A stretch of DNA of 64,000 nt from Sulfolobales archaeon (GTDB taxonomy: Archaea > Thermoproteota > Thermoprotei_A > Sulfolobales > AG1). Both the position numbers and the translations under genes were made by a program. The notes below the pieces were generated by a model, which was not told the DNA's origin, searched no databases, and saw only the letters and a list, made by a program, of their open reading frames with translations. The stretch covers positions 1 through 64,000 of the forward strand of contig JAWBYA010000007.1 in the NCBI GenBank assembly GCA_038867615.1, read 5' to 3'. This document shows, piece by piece, positions 39,924 to 50,172 of this stretch (position 1 is its first letter; each line of letters starts with the position of its first letter).

Positions 39924-40555
39924 GCCATACTCACCTCTGCTGATTTATAAGCCTCCACCATTGCTCTGATATTACCCAGAACCTTCTCCCCAACACTGGG
40001 TGTTTTTAGTAGTGATTCTAGGTTATCCTCCCACTTAATGTTGAAAAGGATCTTTAGGGCTGCTTTTGCCACAGAGTCTAGGGAGATATACTCTAAAACC
40101 CTGACCAGTGCTCCCAGCATTGCAGCATTAACTATAGGCACTCCCATGTTTCTCAACGCTATCCCGGTGGCATCGATAGCCACCACCCTCTCAACACCAA
40201 GCTCCTGGGCAATGCTTCTAGCATCCCTCTTCGAGTTAATGATCACGAGGCCCTTGTTCTTCAAACCCTGAAGATATATTGAAGGCTGTATAGATGGGTC
40301 GAGAACAACAACCACATCGGGGCTCGATATGGGTGCCCTTGTCCTAATAGGCTCCTTAGAGATCCTGGTATAAGCCTTAACAGGAGCACCCCTCCTCTCA
40401 GGGCCAAACTCGGGGAAGGCTTGGGAGTAAAGGCCCTCGATACCTGCGGCCTCGGCCAGTATGATCGATGCTGTCACGGCTCCTTGACCGCCTCTTCCAT
40501 GAAATCTAATCTCAATGGTTTCTCCGATATTTAACAAGCGAAACACTCTCCCCAT
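39920..40555 (-). CDS. porG: Pyruvate/2-oxoacid:ferredoxin oxidoreductase gamma subunit
   Basis: [21 protein letters not shown]. Confidence 0.95.
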
Positions 40556-40765
40556 TATATTTCCGAAAGGAAAGATTTATAGCGTAAGTACACGAAAATG
40601 GAAGGGTTTAAACAGGAATAACTAGCGACTAGCAATTATAACATGTCAGGCCTATGAGTCTTGGAAAGACTGTGGTATGCGAGCCTTCCCACCACAATCA
40701 ATTAAAAGATCCGCTGTATAGTTGGAGATCTTTATCTAGCATATTAGGGGGCATGGTTTAATATT

Positions 40766-41107
40766 TTGGTGGTTATTGTGGAGACATACCAGATCCTGGG
40801 CCTTGTTGGCTCGCTTCTTCTAGTACTAGCCCTCGCTATGATGATGCTCGGCATGGCGGTGATGCCTGTTGGTTTCGGCATGATGGGTCCTATGATGATG
40901 CCTATGGGGTTCTTCCCGGTCTTCCTCTTTATAGGGCTTCCATCTATCGTTCTCGGGATCGTGGGTTCTGTTATTTCCGACAGGACTGCTGCTGGTGCTC
41001 TTCTCATTCTAGCCGGGATCCTCTCTCTACCTGTGTTCTTCGGCTTCTTCGGTATATCCTTTATCCTGCTTATCATAGCTGGGGCTCTTGCTCTGTCGAA
41101 GAGATAG
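40766..41107 (+). CDS. Small Met/Gly-rich membrane protein
   Basis: 3-4 TM segments; no catalytic motif. Confidence 0.65.
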   Translation: MVVIVETYQILGLVGSLLLVLALAMMMLGMAVMPVGFGMMGPMMMPMGFFPVFLFIGLPSIVLGIVGSVISDRTAAGALLILAGILSLPVFFGFFGISFILLIIAGALALSKR

Positions 41108-41145
41108 CCATGATCTATGTTTTAGTCTAGCTGGCTTTTTTATGG

Positions 41146-43650
41146 TTATCTGTAATCATATATATAGTCGTGTAGTTCTAGGTGTTTCCTATCCAGCTCT
41201 CCGCTCTCCACCATTTTGACTACATGTTCTCTTGAGGGGCTGAATATAGCTTCCATAGCCTTTATCCTCTCCTCATCGTTTAGGGGTGCTAGCTCGAATA
41301 ACACTCTCCCGCTGTGCTGTATATATCTAGGCGAGGTTAGCTTTCTCCTAAGGATCTCCATTATGACTGGTGCGAATTTTCTATCAAACCTTGGTGCTCC
41401 TTGGGCTAGCTCTTGTGCTACCTCCTTTACATTTGCCCTGAGGATCTCTGCTATATTTTTCGATGCCTCTTCGAGGGATAGTATTCTGAACGGGCCTGTG
41501 GAGTATGCCATCGATACTATCTCCCTAACCTTCTCCAGTGCTCCCCTATCATCTGGGGATCTTCCAGCCCTGGCCAGGATCCTTTTCGCAACCCTTTCGT
41601 CGTATTCTCTATAGAACATCTCTGTCCATTCCATGTGGAGCTCCCATAGTTTTCTGAAGTGTTCTTCCGTGAACTCCTCACCCTCCATAATCTCTAAAGC
41701 CTTTTTAGCCGGGATCACCCCGTCTCTCGTGAGCTCTGGTGCTAATAGATAGCCCCTCCTCGTCACCCTAGCCCTATGCCTCAGCACTGTCCAGAGCCAT
41801 GATACGAAGATCCTATAGGTCGCCAGGTCGTTCATGAACCTCTGGTTGAGCTCATAATCATCTATAGCTGCTGCTAGGTTTCCGTTTAGGAGCTGGAATC
41901 CATAGTTAGCAGCCATGTAGAATGCGTGCTGTATATGCTCAGGCGTTATGCTCCCCTCAGGCGGTTCGTACAGAGCTCTCCACAGATCCTTCCCGCCCCA
42001 TAGCTTCGGGTTTGTTAGGAACTTCTCTGGGGTATCGATCATATCTCTCGTTATAACCCACGGTGTTATCCTGCCCCTCTCATCTATAAGCCCTAGTCTT
42101 TGGAAGAGCTTCCTCTCGCTCTCTGTTAGCCCGCTATCCGGTGCTGGGAGCTTTTTATCATCAACCTCTATGTATTTCACCTCAGCGTCTATCAATGCCT
42201 GGAGTTCTCTCAGATCTGCTCTTAGTGGTTTGTTTCCATAGTATACATAGGATTCCTCTTTTGTTGCCACCCAGCTTTGCCTGAATAGGTCGAATAGCCT
42301 CCCCCTAACCTTTCCCTCAAGGATCTCGTCGAGCGTTATCCTCCTACCCTCGGGGATCTCTTCGTCTGGGATGAATATCAGGCCTATGAGCCTCTCCCTC
42401 AGCTTGTCGAGGAAGATCCCTCTCAGTGCCCTCGCGTTATACCTATTCCTCCCGTAGGGGTCTGTCTCTGGGTAGAGCATCACAGCCGCCATGCCCCCCA
42501 CTGGGGCTGCTCTCAAGCCCTCCTTGCTATAGCCAGCCATGAGGGTTAGTAGTGCGTTGTACTTCTGATAGGCCATCATTATTGGTGCTGTCATGGTTAT
42601 ATCCTGCGGGTCTGGGAAGACCTTCTCGTCTTTCCACATCTCTATTAGGCTGCCTAGGTAGTCCCACCTACCATTGTTAACCTTTATCAGCCTCTCCCTC
42701 CAGATCCAGTAGATCACTGGTAAATATCTGCCGGCATTGGCTTCCTCATAGAGCATCGCGATCTTTATCTCACCTATCCTTAGACCTAGTTTCTCCTCAA
42801 CCCTCCTGAGTATCTTCTCTATAACCAAAGCCTCCTGCGGCGTCTGGACTTTAGGGACGTAGAAGTAGATCCCCGAGCCTGCTTTTTTAAGCGATTCATA
42901 GTTATTCAATACATAGATCACTATGGATGTTATTATCGCAGGGATCGGTTTTCCATCGAGAGTTATATCGTGGTCAATGAGGTGAAGCCCCGGGATCCTG
43001 TGGAAGATCGAGGGCCATTTCTCCCTAGGCTTGGAGAACCTATACTCCTTACCCTTCTCATAATACGGCTGGGGAGCCGTTTGAGAGAGGACAAGCTTGA
43101 TATTCCTCCTAGCCTCCCACACAGGGGCTACGTCGAGGCCTGAGCCGTGGGGGATATACCAGGCTGGCGAGGCATCCTCCTCATCCTCCATAGCACTAGC
43201 AACATCGGCATTAACCTGGTTAAAAGCCCTGCTTAGTGGATACCAAGGCCCAGTGATCTCGAGCCCGGGGTTTGCTAGGGCATCCGCATCTCGGGGTACG
43301 GGGACATTTCTGTTCAGACCCCACCTAAGCTCTGAATCCCTGTCGAGGATGTTGTCTATAAGACCCTGGAGGATCTCTCGAAAACTCCTCCTATTACCAT
43401 CGGCATCTACAAAGACATCATCCCACCTTGGGAAGGAACCCTTAACACTGACCGGGGCTTTGGTGTCGAGCCATTCTCTTCTAGCACGGAGTACGGCATC
43501 TATCTCGGGCATGAATTCCCTTGCAAGCTCCTCGATCAAACCCTCAACACTAACCCTCCTACCATTAATAACCCTCTCTCCAAAGAGATCGCTGTATCGT
43601 TTCAAAACCTCCTCATTAATAACAAGACCCCTGGATCTTTGGGCGGACAT
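41146..43650 (-). CDS. aceB: Malate synthase (long crenarchaeal type)
   Basis: EITGP, EDA, YFYVPK, NNGRWDY, GGMAA, WVA, MNDLATYRI. Confidence 0.85.
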   Translation of the reverse strand: MSAQRSRGLVINEEVLKRYSDLFGERVINGRRVSVEGLIEELAREFMPEIDAVLRARREWLDTKAPVSVKGSFPRWDDVFVDADGNRRSFREILQGLIDNILDRDSELRWGLNRNVPVPRDADALANPGLEITGPWYPLSRAFNQVNADVASAMEDEEDASPAWYIPHGSGLDVAPVWEARRNIKLVLSQTAPQPYYEKGKEYRFSKPREKWPSIFHRIPGLHLIDHDITLDGKPIPAIITSIVIYVLNNYESLKKAGSGIYFYVPKVQTPQEALVIEKILRRVEEKLGLRIGEIKIAMLYEEANAGRYLPVIYWIWRERLIKVNNGRWDYLGSLIEMWKDEKVFPDPQDITMTAPIMMAYQKYNALLTLMAGYSKEGLRAAPVGGMAAVMLYPETDPYGRNRYNARALRGIFLDKLRERLIGLIFIPDEEIPEGRRITLDEILEGKVRGRLFDLFRQSWVATKEESYVYYGNKPLRADLRELQALIDAEVKYIEVDDKKLPAPDSGLTESERKLFQRLGLIDERGRITPWVITRDMIDTPEKFLTNPKLWGGKDLWRALYEPPEGSITPEHIQHAFYMAANYGFQLLNGNLAAAIDDYELNQRFMNDLATYRIFVSWLWTVLRHRARVTRRGYLLAPELTRDGVIPAKKALEIMEGEEFTEEHFRKLWELHMEWTEMFYREYDERVAKRILARAGRSPDDRGALEKVREIVSMAYSTGPFRILSLEEASKNIAEILRANVKEVAQELAQGAPRFDRKFAPVIMEILRRKLTSPRYIQHSGRVLFELAPLNDEERIKAMEAIFSPSREHVVKMVESGELDRKHLELHDYIYDYR

Positions 43651-44003
43651 ATTAACATACCAGTCGTATTTTATCGACCCAGATTATAAATATCTAACAT
43701 AAACATTATATCAGATCTCCATTTGGGATATCTAATCCATTTAATAGTTCTAGATTTCCTTCGCTATGCTGATCTTCAATTCTATAGCAGATCGATGATC
43801 TAGTTGTGGTTTTTTGAGATTCATTAGCTATATAGGGAGAGCATTGTCCCTGGGGGCCTGTTTCTATAGCGGATCTGTTTACCGCTATTTTGTTTTTATC
43901 CTGTTATAAATAAGTTCTGTTTTAATCCTCTGAGGATTGATGTAGAGTTTAAAGTGAAGGCTTATGTTTTATCCCCTCGGTGGTATAGATCACGGGTGGC
44001 TGT

Positions 44004-45209
44004 TTGGGGAGCTTAGAGGAGGTTTTGAGATCTGCTGCGGATGCTTCTGAGAATAAGGATCTCAGGAGATTGTTTGACACCGTGCTTCCGAGAATCTCTG
44101 AGAAGGTCTATAGCGTTCTTGAGAAGTATCCGTATCTTGTGGATCTTGCTGAGGAGGTTTCTAGGATTAAGAGGTATTCTATTGAGAATCTTGAGGGTCT
44201 TTTGAAGCAGGCTATGGATAGTGTTGTTAGGGTTGGTGGTAGGGCTTATTATGCTGAAACTCCTGAGGATGCTAGGAGGATTGTTGGTGGGATTGTTGGT
44301 AAGGGTAAGATTGTGATTAAGGGTAAATCAATGATCTCTGAGGAGATAGGTATAAATGAATATCTAAAGAAGCTTGGAAACGAGGTGTGGGAAACAGATC
44401 TGGGAATGCTAATACTACAAGCCGGAAGCGAGAGACCCTCACACCCGATCGCACCGGCTATCCATGTCTCGAAAGAGTCTGCGGCTGGGTATCTCAGGAG
44501 GGGTGCTGGTATTGATGTTAATGAGAAAATGGAGGTCGGAGAGATCGTTAGGAGGGTGAGGATCTTTCTCAGAGAGAAGTTCGTGAAAGCAGACATAGGG
44601 ATCACCGGGGCTAATGCCTTCGCAGCAGACACAGGAGCCACGGTTTTAGTGGAAAACGAGAGTAACATAAGGCTCTCGTCAGCGTTACCCGAGATCCATA
44701 TAGTCCTTGTCTCGGTAGATAAAATAGTACCCACGCTTGAAGACGCATTAAAGGTAGCTATGGTTCAGGCTGCATATGCTGGGCTATACCCACCAACATA
44801 TATGAGCATCATAGCCGGTCCAAGCTCTACTGCTGATATTGAGTATGAGAGGGTCTATGGAGCCCATGGTCCTAGGGAGTATCATGTTGTCTTCATAAAC
44901 AATAACAGACTCGGTTTTTCCAAGGATCCATTGTTATCTGATATGCTTAGATGCATAAGATGCGGAAGATGTTTGGCAGAGTGTCCTGTTTATCAGACTA
45001 TAGGGCCTTCGTGGGGTTCTGGTGCGTATAACGGGCCTATGGGTGTTGGGTGGCTCTATATAACGAGAGGTATAGAGGAGGCTGGACCCCTGAGCATGCT
45101 ATGCATACATGCAGGAAACTGTAGAGAAGTATGCCCACTACACATAGACATACCAAACATAATGCAGAGAATAAAAGCAGAATATATCAGAAAAACACTA
45201 AACAAATAA
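44004..45209 (+). CDS. LUD-domain lactate utilization protein B-like Fe-S protein
   Basis: KSMISEE, ETDLG, PSHPIAPAIH, GITGAN, GPSSTADIE, GAHGP, CIRCGRCLAECP. Confidence 0.88.
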   Translation: MGSLEEVLRSAADASENKDLRRLFDTVLPRISEKVYSVLEKYPYLVDLAEEVSRIKRYSIENLEGLLKQAMDSVVRVGGRAYYAETPEDARRIVGGIVGKGKIVIKGKSMISEEIGINEYLKKLGNEVWETDLGMLILQAGSERPSHPIAPAIHVSKESAAGYLRRGAGIDVNEKMEVGEIVRRVRIFLREKFVKADIGITGANAFAADTGATVLVENESNIRLSSALPEIHIVLVSVDKIVPTLEDALKVAMVQAAYAGLYPPTYMSIIAGPSSTADIEYERVYGAHGPREYHVVFINNNRLGFSKDPLLSDMLRCIRCGRCLAECPVYQTIGPSWGSGAYNGPMGVGWLYITRGIEEAGPLSMLCIHAGNCREVCPLHIDIPNIMQRIKAEYIRKTLNK

Positions 45210-45246
45210 CAAGAACATCTTAATCGCAATAGGGCTAAACCACGTC

Positions 45247-45290
45247 GTAGCTGGCTATTTTGGATTTCATAGAAGTTCGTATGGATTATT
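45247..45290 (+). repeat. Degenerate left-end fragment of the element
   Basis: GTAGCTGGCTATTTTGGATTTCATAGAAGTT versus GTAGCCAGCTGTTTCGGATTTCATGATGGTT. Confidence 0.45.
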
Positions 45291-45617
45291 GGTTAGGGGT
45301 TTGCCTATATGGTTCAGGCTTCTGGCTATGATCTTCTTAGGGGGTCTTGGATCTCTTGGGCTGAGATGGTTAGGCTATATTGGTGGTTTAGGGGGTATCT
45401 GTTTCTTAGGATTTTTAGAATAGCGTTATGGTGTTAGGGGTGGATTGGTTGCTAAAGATCGGGGAGCAGGTGCGGAGAGATAGTATGGGTTTATGGGCTA
45501 TTTATCCTTAGTTCCAGGGTTCCAGGCTATATGTATAGCTTGTATGCTTTTTGTTGATGCTTTAAGATCTATTGTCAGGCCTTAGATTTAAATACCCTGT
45601 AACATAACTGGGGTTAT

Positions 45618-47738
45618 GTGGTCAATATGGTGTCGGCTAAAAAGTTATCAATGTTGTTATTGGTATTGCTGTTAAGCAGTGTAGGAATGATGATGCAGCC
45701 AGTGCGGATGGTCGGGATCTTTGAGGGCCAGCAGGTGCCTGAATGTGTTCCTCCACCGCCAGGTATGGTTGCGTGGTGGCCGGTGGACGGGCCTCCGGGT
45801 AGCAGTGTTGCGTATGATATTGCAGGGACGACGCTGAATAATGGTACATTGAGTGGGACAGCTGTATTTGTTTCATCAGGTAAAGTTGGTGGAGCGTTAG
45901 GAGTCTCTGGTTCTGGGACTGTTATAGTTCCTGACGATCCGGAGCTGGATGTGGGTAGAGGTAATTTCACCATCGATCTCTGGATAAATACCTCCTGGAA
46001 CGCGTCTCTTGGCTTTAATACGGGTATTTATTCCAAAGTACCTTCTAATTCAAATGATAGGGGATATTCGCTCGCACTATACTTCACAGGATCTAAAGCG
46101 GTTCCTATGTTCCAGATAGTTAGAAACTGGGGAGGCTTCACTTATTCCTGGGAGAACCATATAGCGTTTAATGCTCCCCATATCTCTGATAATAGATGGC
46201 ATCATATTGCTGTAGTAGCCGATGCAACTAATAAGGTGGTGATCATCTATGTAGACGGTAGCCCTGTATACCAAGGCAGCTCAAATGAGCTGGGGAATAG
46301 TCTTGACAACAATGCTTCTGTACAGATTACTAATGGTAATGTGATAGGGAATAGTAAGAGCTTCGAGGGATATGTCGACGAGATAGAGCTTTATAAACGC
46401 GCCCTCGGTGAGAGCGAGATCAAGATGATCTACGAAGCAGGCTCTGCGGGTAAGTGCAAGCCTGCTGCGACAACGCCTCCACCGACTACAACTACTACAC
46501 AGCCACCATCTGTTACTATAAAGACCGATAAGGATGCATATTACTGTGAGAATGATAAGGAGATCAAAGTTATGATAACGGGTAGTCCGAATACAACATA
46601 CATCCTGGTTGTAACCATGCCTAATGGCACGACACTGAGTTATACCGTGATCACGGATGCTAGTGGTAATGCTGTTGTTACTATACCGTTATCGCCAAAC
46701 GATCCCTCAGGCGTATGGGTTCTAACACTCTATGATAGAGATAGAAGAGTAGTGGCGGTGTGGAAGTTCAATGTAGAGTGTAAAGGTACAACAGCAACAT
46801 CACCGCCGCCGATAACTAATACAACATCGAGACCACCGCCAACATCGTCGGGAGGATTATGTTTAAGGGTTGTTAGTGATACGACAACGTTTGTTGATAG
46901 AGGTGTTACGGTGGTGGTGAACTATACATGGCCATCACCGATAAGCAGTAACAATCTTGGTATTCCGGGTGCTATGCCTATATGGGCAGATATTAATGGG
47001 GATGGTATTGCTGATCTTGATACTGGTAATCCGTTTACTTTCACGAAGTACTTCATTCTACCTCCAAATAATAAATACAATGCCACGCTATGGATAAATG
47101 CTGATGATCAGTGGTTTGATCTAACGATAAACGATCAGTTCGTGGCAAGCGAGCCTACATCGAGCTGGGGGAACGTGCATGTGATCGATGTATCTAAATA
47201 CCTGCGGGAGGGGCTTAACAACCTCACAGTTAAGGCTGTAGATATAGGGATGGCTTATGTGGGGCTAGCCTTCAGGTTAGATGTGGAGTGCACGCCAGCA
47301 CCAGGGCCGACGCACTGGGATAAAATAATATTCACAATATCTGTTAATGCAACACCAACCATGCCTGATAACCTGACCCAGAAGCTAAGGTCATTGATAG
47401 GCAAAACCCTGGATATAAAGGTTAGAGATGATCCAAGCGATGTTGCTGTGTTAGAGGATAAAGTGAAGGCTTTCCTTGCCGCGAAGTTCAACCTAACCAA
47501 ACAGGATCTTGAACGTATAATTGTAAGGATAATCGATGTCGAGTATGCTATAGAGCCTAGTAAGAGCAGCGTAACTGTAAGGATAGTTAACGAAGTTGAG
47601 ATAGACCCCAACACACAGAGTAGAAACCAGAATCTAGCCGATGACAATAGCATATACTACACACTACCCCTCATAATGAGCCTAGCAGGACTTGGAGCAT
47701 TCCTCATTATGAGGCATATGAGAGAACAGAACAGCTAA
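45618..47738 (+). CDS. Secreted, membrane-anchored multidomain surface protein with LamG-like domain
   Basis: Signal peptide; MVAWWP.DG, FTIDLWI, WHHIAV, F.GYVDEIELY.RAL; Thr/Pro linkers; C-terminal TM. Confidence 0.85.
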   Translation: MVNMVSAKKLSMLLLVLLLSSVGMMMQPVRMVGIFEGQQVPECVPPPPGMVAWWPVDGPPGSSVAYDIAGTTLNNGTLSGTAVFVSSGKVGGALGVSGSGTVIVPDDPELDVGRGNFTIDLWINTSWNASLGFNTGIYSKVPSNSNDRGYSLALYFTGSKAVPMFQIVRNWGGFTYSWENHIAFNAPHISDNRWHHIAVVADATNKVVIIYVDGSPVYQGSSNELGNSLDNNASVQITNGNVIGNSKSFEGYVDEIELYKRALGESEIKMIYEAGSAGKCKPAATTPPPTTTTTQPPSVTIKTDKDAYYCENDKEIKVMITGSPNTTYILVVTMPNGTTLSYTVITDASGNAVVTIPLSPNDPSGVWVLTLYDRDRRVVAVWKFNVECKGTTATSPPPITNTTSRPPPTSSGGLCLRVVSDTTTFVDRGVTVVVNYTWPSPISSNNLGIPGAMPIWADINGDGIADLDTGNPFTFTKYFILPPNNKYNATLWINADDQWFDLTINDQFVASEPTSSWGNVHVIDVSKYLREGLNNLTVKAVDIGMAYVGLAFRLDVECTPAPGPTHWDKIIFTISVNATPTMPDNLTQKLRSLIGKTLDIKVRDDPSDVAVLEDKVKAFLAAKFNLTKQDLERIIVRIIDVEYAIEPSKSSVTVRIVNEVEIDPNTQSRNQNLADDNSIYYTLPLIMSLAGLGAFLIMRHMREQNS

Positions 47739-48077
47739 GCCAAACAAACCCTTCTATCTTTTCTTTTTTCTTTTTATCAATAACCACCGCCTAGCCTTTC
47801 CCCACATATCCTAAGGATCTATAGCAGAAAAGGAAAGCACCACAGATAGAATACCAAACCACACAGCCCTCCATAGACATGCTACACGATATGATTAGAT
47901 ACCATGTTAAATACTGTGCCCGGTATATCAAACAATAGGCTCTATATCATATATGTATGGGATAAATAGTATATCGGCTAGCAGAGCCTCTTTAGAAGAA
48001 CTGTGCTGAGTACCATCGATTAGGATCGTGGATATGCTATCATAAATTGCCCTAGGAATACTGATGCTCAGGGGTTT

Positions 48078-48929
48078 ATGTCTGGGGGCGAGTATATGGA
48101 GAGGCTTTATAGGCTGATCCCTTGGGTTGAGGATCCATTTACAGCTGAGGGTTTTAAAAGATACAGGGATACGATCTCGGAGTTTAGTGTTATTGTTAAG
48201 CATAGATGGTTTAGCGAGCTTGTGAATAGGAGGAGGGAGCTCAGGATAATCGATCTGTGCAGCGGTACGGGTATCGGAGGCGTTGCTCTGGCCAGGGTTT
48301 TAATGGATCTAGGGGTTTCTGTTAGTCTAACCCTGGTTGATCTTCGTCGGGATGCTCTTGACAAGGCTGTTGAGTTTGGTTTGAGGGAGCTTGGTTTTAG
48401 ACCACAGATTATGGTGCGCGATATTCTAGAAGAAGGGCTGGGGCTAGAGACAGGGTTTGATGTTTCGCTTATCTGGGGTTTTACAACGCCTCACTTCGGT
48501 CCGTGGGATTGGGTTAGGGTGTTATCGAATGTGTCGCGTCTCCTAACCGGTGATGGGTTATTCTTGTATAATGAATCTGACCGTGTGTATACGATCTTCT
48601 ATCTAAAGGGGTATAGGGATCTTTTGCCTGAGGTGGTTGAGAGGGATAGGGTGATCCTAACAATACATAAGGGTAAGGACTTTAGATCTGGTTATATAAA
48701 GCGCCTGGTTCTCAATCTCGTATCCAGAGAGGCTGAGGAAACGAAAGTATATTTCTGGGATTTAGCCTCGTCAGCAGCGTTCACATGGATCTTCTTCAGC
48801 GATGTGGACTTTATCCCTACAAGAGGATCCCACTCCGGTGTTGTGATAGCCAGAAGCCCGAGACGCACACTCAGCCTAGAGGCTCTATTCAGGGAAAAAC
48901 CCTCGATATTGATGCACGAACGGCTATAG
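48078..48929 (+). CDS. Class I SAM-dependent methyltransferase
   Basis: IDLCSGTGIGG, LVDLR. Confidence 0.8.
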   Translation: MSGGEYMERLYRLIPWVEDPFTAEGFKRYRDTISEFSVIVKHRWFSELVNRRRELRIIDLCSGTGIGGVALARVLMDLGVSVSLTLVDLRRDALDKAVEFGLRELGFRPQIMVRDILEEGLGLETGFDVSLIWGFTTPHFGPWDWVRVLSNVSRLLTGDGLFLYNESDRVYTIFYLKGYRDLLPEVVERDRVILTIHKGKDFRSGYIKRLVLNLVSREAEETKVYFWDLASSAAFTWIFFSDVDFIPTRGSHSGVVIARSPRRTLSLEALFREKPSILMHERL

Positions 48930-49100
48930 CTTCGGAAGTCGTATTCCTATCATTGGTAGCTATTGCAGGGGGACTAGTGTGGTGAGAGGGTTGATGATAC
49001 TAGGGTCTTTAAAGGGTTATGTTTCCTAGATCTATCATGGGGTTCTATATCTTGGACGCTTCTCTAGATCTGTCTATGATACTATGCTGGGTGGATCTCT

Positions 49101-50096
49101 ATGGGTGTTGGTGTTCGTAGAAGGAGTAGTTATAGATCTATGAGGCTTGTTTCTTTTGAGGAGTACTTGGAGTATGTTAAGAGCCATGGTTATGTGCGTA
49201 TAGAGGATGAGGTGATCCCTGTTGGTAGGCCTCATGAGATCAGGTATTACCAGCCTGGGGATTTTGTTTTGGAGAGGACTAGTGTGTGGTCTTTCCCAGA
49301 AAGGGGTGACTGGGCCACCCATAGGGGGGATTATAGGGGTAACTGGGCGCCACAGATCCCTAGGAACCTGATTCTAAGGTATAGCAGGCCTGGCGAGCTT
49401 GTTCTAGACCCTATGTGTGGTGGTGGAACCACACTTGTTGAGGCCAAGCTTCTAGGGCGTAATGCTATTGGTGTTGATATTAACTACGAGGCTGTTATAC
49501 TAACCCTCGACAGGCTTAACTTCACCTACAAACCCCTGGATCCAGGCTATAGAGAGCCGGTTATAAAGGTTTACCATGGCGATGCCAGAAACCTAGATCT
49601 TATAGAGGATGAGTCAGTAGATCTCGTAGCAACCCACCCGCCGTATGCTAACATAATAAGATACTCTAAGAGAGAGAAGATAGAGGGCGACCTCTCAAGG
49701 GTCTCAAGCCTAGAAGAATACCTAGAAGGAATACGCGAGGTAGCGAGCGAGATCTACAGGGTACTAAAACCAGGGAGATACGCAGCAATACTCATAGGCG
49801 ATACCAGGAAGAACAGACACTACATCCCAATAGCCTTCAGAGTAATGCAGCAATTCCTAGACGTAGGCTTTATATTAAAAGAGGACATAATAAAGATCCA
49901 GTGGAACACCAAAGTAACAGGCGAGAAATGGGCTGGTTTAGCAAAAACAGCAGAAGAATGCTGGGTCGAAAAACCACAGAACAAACGCCGCTGGACAGAC
50001 TTCTACCTAATAGCACATGAGCATCTCTTCATATTCAGAAAACCAGGCAAAGACGAGAAGATCGAGCGTTATAGATATAGTATAAAATGGTGGTGA
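49101..50096 (+). CDS. Orphan N4/N6 DNA methyltransferase-like protein (motif I before motif IV, HPPY)
   Basis: LDPMCGGGTT, GVDIN, GDAR, VDLVATHPPY, LKPG, HEHLFIFRK. Confidence 0.82.
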   Translation: MGVGVRRRSSYRSMRLVSFEEYLEYVKSHGYVRIEDEVIPVGRPHEIRYYQPGDFVLERTSVWSFPERGDWATHRGDYRGNWAPQIPRNLILRYSRPGELVLDPMCGGGTTLVEAKLLGRNAIGVDINYEAVILTLDRLNFTYKPLDPGYREPVIKVYHGDARNLDLIEDESVDLVATHPPYANIIRYSKREKIEGDLSRVSSLEEYLEGIREVASEIYRVLKPGRYAAILIGDTRKNRHYIPIAFRVMQQFLDVGFILKEDIIKIQWNTKVTGEKWAGLAKTAEECWVEKPQNKRRWTDFYLIAHEHLFIFRKPGKDEKIERYRYSIKWW

Positions 50097-50172
50097 ATAA
50101 CAACTATGCGTTTCTACATGCAAGAAACGTATCCTGAGAGAGCTGTACTGTGTTTCCCAAGCTACTAAGGAT

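Noticed and set aside
45290-45560. Possible IS607 tnpA remnant after the left-end fragment
   Set aside because: No convincing translatable HTH or resolvase motif.
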